Assembly: GCA_963837955.1 (NCBI GenBank)
Contig: CAWIPH010000002.1
Location: 160,001 to 224,000 of the forward strand
Reading direction: 5' to 3'
From: an uncultured Verrucomicrobiae bacterium
GTDB lineage: Bacteria > Verrucomicrobiota > Verrucomicrobiia > Chthoniobacterales > JAFAMB01
Length of the DNA: 64,000 nt
Each line of letters begins with the position of its first letter. Within the stretch, counting starts at the first letter, position 1. The notes under the pieces were generated by a model, which saw only the letters and a list, made by a program, of their open reading frames with translations, was not told where the DNA came from and ran no database searches. Below, in pieces: positions 54,213 through 64,000 of the stretch. A program made the translations under genes and the position numbers.

Positions 54213-55010
54213 ATGCGTAACAGTTATCTCACGATGCTAGTGGTGGCCGCCATTAGCGTTGGGTTCGGGTTCGCCAACCGAGCCGCAGCCGGCACAAACT
54301 TATTGATAAATGGCGATTTTGAAAAAACTAACCTTCCCAGCGGCTCGACAGACGGAGCACCGTTACTCAATTCGAATGGGACCACCGCGATCACCCTGCC
54401 GGGTTGGACCATGACCGGGGGCGATGGCGTCAATTCGAATATCTATCAGTACACATCCAATTTTAATCTCGGTTTTACACCGATTCCTCAGAGTGGTACC
54501 TACGCAGTGTGGTTGGATGGATCGCAAGGTCACGGGGAACAACATTTCAACACCGGCCCGTCAATCTCTCAGAGCCTCAGCCTGACTCCCGGAAATTATA
54601 ATTTATCGTTCTACATCAACACGGAGGTCGGAAACGCGCCTGGCAATCCAAAAGGAGGCACGTCCGGTGTCCTGGTTGATCTAGCTGGGTCCGGTATTAG
54701 CAAGGGAGCCTTGAACAATGCGGAATTTACCGTGACGAATCCCTTAGGGGTTAGTCAGGCCGCAGCTAAGTGGCAGTTTGTTACCGAAGACTTCACGGTT
54801 ACGTCAAAGTCGTCTGTCACACTGAGTTTCTTTGACGACCCCAACAAGAACCTGGCTAACCAGACGCTAAGCTCGAATATCAGTTTGGATAATGTGTCGC
54901 TCACTCTGATCTCGCCTATTCCGGAGCCGAGTTCACTGGCGTTGCTGGCGATCGGTAGTATGTCGCTTTTTGGCGTTCAGATATGGCGTGGTCGTATACG
55001 CCGGTGCTAG
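54213..55010 (+). CDS. PEP-CTERM exported protein
   Basis: Signal peptide, NLLINGDFE, C-terminal IPEPSS + TM + basic tail. Confidence 0.9.
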   Translation: MRNSYLTMLVVAAISVGFGFANRAAAGTNLLINGDFEKTNLPSGSTDGAPLLNSNGTTAITLPGWTMTGGDGVNSNIYQYTSNFNLGFTPIPQSGTYAVWLDGSQGHGEQHFNTGPSISQSLSLTPGNYNLSFYINTEVGNAPGNPKGGTSGVLVDLAGSGISKGALNNAEFTVTNPLGVSQAAAKWQFVTEDFTVTSKSSVTLSFFDDPNKNLANQTLSSNISLDNVSLTLISPIPEPSSLALLAIGSMSLFGVQIWRGRIRRC

Positions 55011-55033
55011 CACTATCATCTTTCCGGTCCCCT

Positions 55034-55070
55034 AGAAGGCGCCTTCGAATCGTCGGAGGCGTCTTTCTTT
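55034..55070 (+). terminator. Probable intrinsic terminator
   Basis: AAGGCGCCTTCGA..TCGGAGGCGTCTT stem followed by TCTTT. Confidence 0.55.
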
Positions 55071-55134
55071 GATCTGTTATAGCAAACGCGCCGGAGTCTC
55101 CGGCCGCGAGTCCAGTTTAGGGCACTCAAGCCCT

Positions 55135-55617
55135 CTAAGACTTCGAACTAGCCTGTTCCGAGTCGGCCGGGAAAAGCGGCGGTCCACCCGACTCTTTGAT
55201 GGTGCAAAGTGAAATGGAAGTGACAGTGCGCTCGACACCAGGAAAGTCTCGGATCCGGCTCAGTAGAGAACGAAGAGAAGCAGCGGAATCGGTCCGGATT
55301 TTAAGAAGGTAGCTATCCTCGCCCGAGGTATCGTGGCACTCGAGAATATTCGGCTCCTGACGCACGAACTCCTCGAATTCTTTCTCGGTGGCGCCCGAGG
55401 CGTTATTAGTGACTCGGACAAATGCCAGGAGCACTTGATTCACAGCTGCTGGATTAATCGCGGTCAAATAACCTTGAATGATTCCGTCGCGTTCCAGGCG
55501 TTTAATCCGCGCGTGTACTGCCGGAGCTGTGAGACCAAGTTTTTCTCCGACTGATGCGTGAGCCACTCGGGCGTCATTCTGAATGAGTGAAAGGATTTCG
55601 AGATCGACTGCGTCCAT
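55135..55617 (-). CDS. Lrp/AsnC-family transcriptional regulator
   Basis: D.VD..IL..IQ.DAR, RIKRLE..GII.GY, ECH..SGEDSYLLK. Confidence 0.92.
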   Translation of the reverse strand: MDAVDLEILSLIQNDARVAHASVGEKLGLTAPAVHARIKRLERDGIIQGYLTAINPAAVNQVLLAFVRVTNNASGATEKEFEEFVRQEPNILECHDTSGEDSYLLKIRTDSAASLRSLLSRIRDFPGVERTVTSISLCTIKESGGPPLFPADSEQASSKS

Positions 55618-55810
55618 TAAGATAGAGAGAAACTTTGAACTGCTAAGGATATTAAGCAGTTCACACCAATACCACCAGATTCTATCTTACCGAGACTTGA
55701 CAGGTTATTATTTTTCAAGGGCTTTAGAGATGGACACGGAAAAAGCTTAGTCCGGAACCCGTGCTCCAAGCCTGCGCGTCAATCTAACGTTGATGTCCGG
55801 CTCTCCGCCG

Positions 55811-56075
55811 GGGAGGGCGCACGTCCCCGTGCGCTCGCGGATCGCGAGGACGCGATCCCTCCGCACCCGGGGTTTTAACCGGTTTTAACCCCGGGAATTG
55901 TCGTATTGAGGCGGCATGCCTGCAGGGCATTAGGATCAAATGTCCCAGCCGTGAATCCAATGGGACTAGCGCCCTTTTCAGGGCGCAACGTTTTGGGACG
56001 TTTCCCGGGGTTAAACCCCGGGCCGGGAGGGATCGCGTCCTCGCGATCCGCGGCGCACGAGAAGTGCGCCCTCCC
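55811..56075. repeat. Composite MITE/REPIN-like element: inverted GGAG-REP doublets around CCCGGGGTTAAACCCCGGG REPs
   Basis: About 50-bp terminal inverted doublets at 55811-55862 and 56025-56075; inner REPs also occur at 60919-60950. Confidence 0.8.
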
Positions 56076-56100
56076 AGGCCGAGAACCTGAGATCGGCCCT

Positions 56101-56165
56101 TAGCCTGATTCTCCGCCTCAGGAAATTGGCACGCCTTGGATTTCCTGAGGCGGAGAATCAGGCTA
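56101..56165. repeat. GTAG-family perfect hairpin (26-bp arms)
   Basis: TAGCCTGATTCTCCGCCTCAGGAAAT / ATTTCCTGAGGCGGAGAATCAGGCTA. Confidence 0.85.
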
Positions 56166-56846
56166 CTCGCCTTCGAATTATCAATTGGGCCGCGACTAAC
56201 AGTTACTCGAGATAGCGCAGCGAGCTTACGAGGGGCGTACCAAATTGATAAGTGAAGCTCCAGGCATGCCTGCAGACCGGTGTTTTTTTGGCAGGCAGAC
56301 TTGGGCTGGCTAGTTTGAGCAGTGCGACGCCGGCGACGAAAAAAGCGTGTTTTCACAGTAGACCGTTTGGTTTAGCGAACACGCGATTCTCCGGCTATTT
56401 AGCGGATCACGCAAGTAAAAAGTGTACCCATCGGTCAACTTTCTTGGCAAAGGAATGCCCGGTTAGACTTCCCCCTGGTGATAATTGCCTGAGTCCCCCC
56501 GACTTCGGCAATTCGATCCCCGTCTAACCGGGCCGCGCTCCTTTGATCCGTTCCTTAGAACAAGTTCTTTTAAGCAGCGAGCGTGCCAAGGTCGCTGGCG
56601 GAGCTAATCGGCTTGTTTTTGCGGGCGTAACCAAGGGGTCGCCCTCCGTGAGTCGCTCGGTACGTGCCTAAAAAAAAGCACAAGTTTCCAATTTCTCGCC
56701 AATTCATCTCCCGGGATGACAAGCCATCTGCATTTCTTTGATCATGAGCCTCGGAAAGATCGGCGGCCTGGCGCCCATCCGTATTTGAGAACAGCAGTCG
56801 GCAATTTGTTCGTTTAGATTCCAGCAATCGTCTAAAATGCGAATAA

Positions 56847-58865
<2,019 letters not shown>

Positions 58866-58959
58866 CCGATGGCTTGCTATTCTCCAGCCGATCCAACAGC
58901 AAACGTGGCTCTTTCTTGACTTCCCCGGCGTCCTCCACTAAGCCCTAGAAACTTTTCCC

Positions 58960-59703
58960 ATGTCCAATCCCAATACGGCCGCCGGGAAGCCAAAATATAG
59001 ACGCATCGTTCTCAAGCTCAGTGGTGAGGCATTAAGAGAATCAGGCAGTCACGAAACTATTTCGCCGGCTATTGTTACGAATATCGCCAAGCAAATCGAA
59101 CAGATCCGCCTGCTCGGCGTCGAAACAGCTGTTGTGATTGGCGGCGGCAACATTTGGCGTGGGCTAACCGCGAGCCATCGGGGCATGGATCGGACAACGG
59201 CAGATTACATGGGCATGCTTGCCACCATGATCAATGGGATGGCACTGCAAAGCGCCTTGGAACAACTAGGCGTCGAGACCCGGCTGCAGTCGGCAATTGA
59301 AATGGCCAATGTCGCTGAGCCATTTATTTATCGACGGGCAATTCGGCATCTTGAGCATGGCCGAGTCGTCATATTTGGAGCTGGCACCGGCAACCCCTTC
59401 TTTTCCACAGACACGACCGCGGCCTTGCGAGCCAGCGAGATTAGGGCAGAGATCATTTTGAAAGCGACCAAAGTCGATGGCATTTACGACAGCGACCCGC
59501 GACAAAACCCGAATGCGTTGCGGTACGAAACGGTCAGCTATACCGAAGCGTTGACCAAGCGGCTGAAAGTGATGGACTCGACTGCCTTCAGCCTTTGCAT
59601 GGACAATCGAGTGCCAATTGTGGTGTTCGATATGAGCGATCCGCAGAATATTACGAAGGTGGTTTGCGGCGAGAAGGTGGGTACATTGGTTACCGCGGAT
59701 TGA
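58960..59703 (+). CDS. pyrH: UMP kinase
   Basis: [32 protein letters not shown]. Confidence 0.98.
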   Translation: MSNPNTAAGKPKYRRIVLKLSGEALRESGSHETISPAIVTNIAKQIEQIRLLGVETAVVIGGGNIWRGLTASHRGMDRTTADYMGMLATMINGMALQSALEQLGVETRLQSAIEMANVAEPFIYRRAIRHLEHGRVVIFGAGTGNPFFSTDTTAALRASEIRAEIILKATKVDGIYDSDPRQNPNALRYETVSYTEALTKRLKVMDSTAFSLCMDNRVPIVVFDMSDPQNITKVVCGEKVGTLVTAD

Positions 59704-59788
59704 GACAGCGGCGCCGGCAATCGAAGCGCGACGACGCGGATAGGTAATTGGAATTTCACCTCCCTCCATTCAATAACTCCCTCTTTTT

Positions 59789-60349
59789 ATGACAGCAGAT
59801 GACATCTTATTAGAGACCGAAGAGGCCATGGAAAAAGGCGTTGATTATATGATCCATGAGTTCGCTACGGTCCGCACCGGCAAAGCTTCTCCCTCCCTGG
59901 TGGAGAACATCGACGTCGATGCGTATGGAACGTCGATGAAACTGAAGCAGCTCGCCCTGATCTCCACCCCGGAGCCGCGTCTGCTCCTGATTCAACCGTT
60001 TGACGCCTCAGTTACCCGCGATATCGAAAAAGCGATCAAAGAATCGAAGATAGGAATTAACCCGGCGGTGGACGGCAAATTGATCCGCTTGCCTATCCCT
60101 GAGCTTTCCGAAGAACGGCGGAAAGATCTGGTGAAGGCCACTCGCCACATGGCTGAGGAAGCTCGGGTCCGAGTTCGTTCCAGTCGCCGGAGCGGAATCG
60201 ATCTGGTGAAAAAACTGGAAAAAGAGGGTGGTATCACCGAAGACGAGCGACGGAATTTGGAAGAGGAGATTCAGAAACTTACCGATAAGTACGTGAAGGA
60301 CATAGATCATCATCTGGAGAACAAAGAAGTGGATATCATGAGAGTATGA
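59789..60349 (+). CDS. frr: Ribosome recycling factor
   Basis: VRTGKAS, IPELSEERRKDL, EIQKLTD; follows pyrH. Confidence 0.98.
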   Translation: MTADDILLETEEAMEKGVDYMIHEFATVRTGKASPSLVENIDVDAYGTSMKLKQLALISTPEPRLLLIQPFDASVTRDIEKAIKESKIGINPAVDGKLIRLPIPELSEERRKDLVKATRHMAEEARVRVRSSRRSGIDLVKKLEKEGGITEDERRNLEEEIQKLTDKYVKDIDHHLENKEVDIMRV

Positions 60350-60870
60350 GAGGCGTTTGCTTTCTCGCGTTAATCGCGATCTTCGCACCATTCGTAGCCG
60401 AGGCCCAATCAACCAAAAGCCAAAAGGTCCCAACTCCCGCACCGGCCAATGTGCCGCGACCCGCACCCGAATTTGTTTGGAGTAGCGTGAGTGGGAAAGT
60501 GCGCCGACTTCGTGATCTACGAGGTCAACCTGTCGTCTTGATATTTGCGACAAATCCGGAGCAGAAAGAATTCAAGAACCAAGTCAAACAGATTACCCGC
60601 CGATTCAAACTCCTGGCAAACCGTAACACGCTGTTTTTTGTTGCCTTCACCAAAGAGACCGGGGTGATTTCTCGATCGGACGTTCCGTTCGTCGTCTTAC
60701 CAGATCCTCTCTCCGTTGCGGATTCTTATCGGGTCGGCGATTTTGGAATTGCCTTAATCGGCACCGACGGGAATCTCGATTACGCGACGGATCGGGTTAT
60801 CACCGGGCAAAAAATTCTGGATGTAATTAACAACTCTTACGCAGCTCAAGCGCAAGAGCGGCGCGATTAG
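60346..60870 (+). CDS. Exported thioredoxin-fold hypothetical protein (no CxxC)
   Basis: Signal peptide; PAPEF......G...L.DLRGQPVVLIF, LIG.DG. Confidence 0.7.
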   Translation: MRGVCFLALIAIFAPFVAEAQSTKSQKVPTPAPANVPRPAPEFVWSSVSGKVRRLRDLRGQPVVLIFATNPEQKEFKNQVKQITRRFKLLANRNTLFFVAFTKETGVISRSDVPFVVLPDPLSVADSYRVGDFGIALIGTDGNLDYATDRVITGQKILDVINNSYAAQAQERRD

Positions 60871-61038
60871 TACCACTATATTTTGGGATCCACCACGCTA
60901 TGGGGCCGTAGGATTTGGCCCAGGGGTTTAACCCGGGTTTAACCCCCGGGTGCTGGCCCGGATCGCCAAATTCCCGTGACGCAGTGCACTAAATAGGGCC
61001 TATTTAGTGTACCGGTCACAAACGTGAACGGCCGAGAT

Positions 61039-62001
61039 ATGGCCCGGTTCTCCCAGGTGGCACTAATCCAGAATCCGTTGAGCGGGGGCGCCAGTCCGCA
61101 GGCCCGCTTGGCGGTCCGGCAACACTTCGACGAAGCGGGTTGCCTGTGGAAAGAGCTGCTGGTTGAACCGAGCCGATCGATCTCGAATCAGACACTCGAA
61201 CTACTGCGCGCAGGAGTCGATTTGATCGCGGTCGCAGGGGGAGACGGCACTGTTCGGGAAGTAGCCTCCGCCTTAGTCGGCGCGACAGTTCCTCTGCTGA
61301 TCATTCCATTAGGTACGTTCAATAATCTTGCGCGAAGCCTTGGTTTGCCCACAGATCCAATCGCGGCCTGCCAGCTCTTTCACACGGGGATGCTTCACGA
61401 AATGGACGTGGGTATTGCCAACGGACGCCATTTCTTTTTTGAGGCTGCGGGGGTCGGCATGGATGCCAAATTATTTCGTTTGGGCGAAGCAGTGAAGCAA
61501 GGGCAGTTCACTGCAGTCTTTCAGGTCGTTCAGTTCGCTCTGGCGCACCGCCAAACCGCCGTAGACCTCCATTTTGACCGGTCGGTTGAACGAGCCTACC
61601 AACGCTCATTTCGTGGACAAAAGCCGATACACCATCGGCGGCTACGTTTTCGAAAGAATAAACGACATATTCGCCTCCGCGGCTCGTTCTTGGCGGTCGC
61701 GAATGGGCCTTACTACGGTAGCAATTTTATGATCAGCCCGAGCGCGAAACTCGACGACGGTTTATTGTCAGTCGGCGTCTTTCGGGATTTCAGTAAACGA
61801 GAGCTGCTATTTCATTTCTGGTCTATCAGCCGCGGCCGATATCAATATCATCCTAAGCTCGAAACTTTTGAATGCGCTTGGCTGGAAGTAACTGCGCAGG
61901 AGGGTCTCGAGGTTCACGTAGATGGTCGACCCGTCGGAACAACCCCGGTCCGATTTGGGATTCGACGGAAGGCGTTGACCGTGCTGAAACCCGTAGCCTG
62001 A
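61039..62001 (+). CDS. Diacylglycerol/lipid kinase family protein
   Basis: NPLSG, AGGDGT, PLGTFNNLA, NGPYYG, DDGLL, HVDG. Confidence 0.9.
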   Translation: MARFSQVALIQNPLSGGASPQARLAVRQHFDEAGCLWKELLVEPSRSISNQTLELLRAGVDLIAVAGGDGTVREVASALVGATVPLLIIPLGTFNNLARSLGLPTDPIAACQLFHTGMLHEMDVGIANGRHFFFEAAGVGMDAKLFRLGEAVKQGQFTAVFQVVQFALAHRQTAVDLHFDRSVERAYQRSFRGQKPIHHRRLRFRKNKRHIRLRGSFLAVANGPYYGSNFMISPSAKLDDGLLSVGVFRDFSKRELLFHFWSISRGRYQYHPKLETFECAWLEVTAQEGLEVHVDGRPVGTTPVRFGIRRKALTVLKPVA

Positions 62002-62191
62002 TGCTCCCCGGTAGCCTGATGCCCCTCGGTAGCCTGATGCTCCAGCCTCAGGGAGGGTACTGAATGTGAAAGGTGAGAGGTGATTCGTGATCGGTGGATG
62101 CCTATCGGCAAATCCTCGGAGAAATCTCCCACTGATCACTTCTCACCTTCACTAATCACCAGCGCCCCCTGAGCCAGGAGGATCAGGCTAC
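61993..62191. repeat. GTAG-type REP doublet, copy D
   Basis: Three tandem GTAGCCTGATGC units and inverted CCTGAGCCAGGAGGATCAGGCTAC. Confidence 0.85.
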
Positions 62192-62277
62192 GTCGTTACA
62201 AATGACGCATTTAAACAAGTATATTGAGGTTTTTCTACTTGATTTGGCTTCCCGGTAGACTCACAGTCTCAAACCCT

Positions 62278-63648
62278 ATGACGCTCACCGAGAAGATCCT
62301 TGCTCGTGGTTCCGGTAGGAGCCAGGTAGTCGCTGGAGAAAATATTTGGGTTAACGCCGATATTCTTCTTACGCACGACGTTTGTGGTCCAGGCAGCATC
62401 GGCGTTTTCAAACGCGAATTCGGTGCGGACGCCAAAGTGTGGGACCCAAACAAGATCGTAATTATCCCGGATCACTACATTTTTACCGCTGACCGGCTTT
62501 CCAATCGCAACGTCGACATTTTGCGGGAGTTCGCGAATGAGCAAGATCTTCCTTACTTTTACGACGTCATCGATGATCCAGCGGGTAACTGGAAGTTCGA
62601 TGCGACCCGAGGACAGCTGCGGCGCCAATATGGTTCTCGATACCAAGGCGTATGTCATGCTGCATTGCCTCGGCTCGGACATGCACGACCTGGCGAGGTC
62701 TTATTTGGGACAGATTCCCACACTTGTATGGCTGGGGCCTTCGGTGAGTTTGCCTCTGGGATCGGTAACACCGATGCCGGATTCATTTTGGGTACTGGTA
62801 AGCTCCTGATCAAAGTTCCCGAGACCATGCGCTTCTATTTAGAGGGCGAGCTTCCACCCGGTGTAATGGCAAAAGATGTCATTCTCTGGGTAATCGGAGA
62901 CATCGGCTTTGATGGCGCCACCTACCGCGCTATGCAGTGGGAAGGCCCCGGAGCGTCCTCTCTTAACATCGATGATCGTATGACCATTGCGAATATGGCG
63001 ATCGAAGCTGGGGCCAAGAACGGTATTTTTCCCGCAGACGAAAAGACGTTCGCCTTTGTGGACGAGCGGATCGAGTTAAATTCTACACGAAGGGACTATC
63101 AGCCGGTTGAATTGGATAAAGATCAGAAGTTTGTCTTCGACAAACTATATGATCTATCGAAGCTGGAACCAACCGTGGCGATGCACCCCAATCCTGGGAA
63201 CCGTGCTTTGGCCAAGGAGCTTGGTAATGTCTCGCTCGATCGGGCCTACATTGGTTCTTGCACGGGAGGCAAAACCAGCGATTTCGTCGCCTTCGCGGAA
63301 GTCGTGCGCGGTAAAAGAGTGCGAATTGAGACCTATGGTGTGCCTGCCACGTCGGATGTAGTGGCCGAGTTGAAAAACACTAAGTGGGAAAATCAGTCGG
63401 TCTGGGAGGTCTTGGTTGAGGCCGGCGTGAAGATGACAGAGAACGCCTCCTGCGCGGCTTGTCTCGGAGGTCCGTCAGATACCTTCGGTCGATTAAACAC
63501 CCCAATGACCTGCATCAGCGCAACCAATCGTAACTTTCCTGGTCGAATGGGCAGCAAGGAATCGAAGGTATACCTGGCTAGCCCATATACCGTTGCGGCC
63601 TCGGCACTAACTGGACACGTCACTGATCCGCGCGAATTTTTGAGTTAA
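62278..63648 (+). CDS. leuC: 3-isopropylmalate dehydratase large subunit (aconitase family)
   Basis: MTLTEKILA, PDH, GTDSHT, IGSCTGG, CAACLGG, TNRNFPGRMG. Confidence 0.88.
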   Translation: MTLTEKILARGSGRSQVVAGENIWVNADILLTHDVCGPGSIGVFKREFGADAKVWDPNKIVIIPDHYIFTADRLSNRNVDILREFANEQDLPYFYDVIDDPAGNWKFDATRGQLRRQYGSRYQGVCHAALPRLGHARPGEVLFGTDSHTCMAGAFGEFASGIGNTDAGFILGTGKLLIKVPETMRFYLEGELPPGVMAKDVILWVIGDIGFDGATYRAMQWEGPGASSLNIDDRMTIANMAIEAGAKNGIFPADEKTFAFVDERIELNSTRRDYQPVELDKDQKFVFDKLYDLSKLEPTVAMHPNPGNRALAKELGNVSLDRAYIGSCTGGKTSDFVAFAEVVRGKRVRIETYGVPATSDVVAELKNTKWENQSVWEVLVEAGVKMTENASCAACLGGPSDTFGRLNTPMTCISATNRNFPGRMGSKESKVYLASPYTVAASALTGHVTDPREFLS

Positions 63649-63683
63649 TCCGAGCGAGCTTTTGAGTTAGATTAATCTAACTC

Positions 63684-64000
63684 ATGTCATTGGGACGCTG
63701 GCTGATTCTGTTCTTAAGCCTTATCACGATCGTGACCTCGATTTTGACTGGTTGCCAAACGCACATTGATCCGAAAACGGCGGGAGCAACGGCTGTAGCG
63801 GCGGCGACCGGCCAGGATTATCTCATGACTCTTAAAGACAATGTGCCACTCTACGTCTTCGGACCGCAACAGCTCGGTGTGCCTGACGAATTTTTGAAAA
63901 AAGATGATTTGGTGCGCGTTATTAAGAGTCAACTCGGTTTTACATTGGTCGAAACTTCTGGAGGCCAGGTTGGCTGGGTGCCGACCGAAGATCTAAGTAC
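63684..64000 (+). CDS. Lipoprotein with SH3-like domain (partial)
   Basis: Manual translation MSLGRW..ILTGC lipobox, then LKKDDLVRVI..V....GQVGWVP; open to the window end. Confidence 0.7.
   Translation, partial: MSLGRWLILFLSLITIVTSILTGCQTHIDPKTAGATAVAAATGQDYLMTLKDNVPLYVFGPQQLGVPDEFLKKDDLVRVIKSQLGFTLVETSGGQVGWVPTEDLS

Noticed and set aside
55784..56527. ORFs of 190 aa and 91 aa between lrp and ligA
   Set aside because: The 190-aa ORF runs through REP elements; neither has recognisable protein features

Overview
Bacterial chromosome segment, most likely from a soil Verrucomicrobiota (Chthoniobacterales-like). This is inferred from a PEP-CTERM gene, ADOP-type permeases, the REP families and the style of the pyrH/frr/leuC genes, not from a database search. 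Left arm (1-27.6 kb): a Liv-type ABC operon; a sugar locus (LacI, GH4 alpha-galactosidase, two divergent ABC sets without ATPase, two Gfo/Idh/MocA oxidoreductases); a DUF899-YciI-ECF sigma cluster; nagA; and a secreted BNR/beta-propeller protein. Centre (28.9-41.8 kb): six head-to-tail ADOP-like MacB/FtsX permease paralogues. An accessory islet (about 42-49.6 kb) lies next to the 3' end of tRNA-Arg(CCT) and holds an AAA+/DUF4143 ATPase-nuclease, degraded surE, oxidoreductase and pip genes, and a DarTG toxin-antitoxin pair. Right arm: an Sdh1-like succinate dehydrogenase operon, a PEP-CTERM gene, Lrp, ligA, pyrH, frr, a DAG-kinase-like gene and leuC. The most unusual signals are: (i) the DUF4143 gene is bracketed by directly repeated arrays of 15-bp palindromes at 22-bp spacing that overlap its start and stop; (ii) five 108-bp tandem repeats copy the last 18 codons of the ECF sigma gene, with many changes synonymous in the sigma frame; (iii) a 43-62 bp hairpin module is nested inside three unrelated REP families. 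Indels are dense between 27 and 49 kb, and there is a cytosine-depleted stretch at 43.8-45.1 kb. Both probably reflect long-read consensus error, so pseudogene calls there are provisional.
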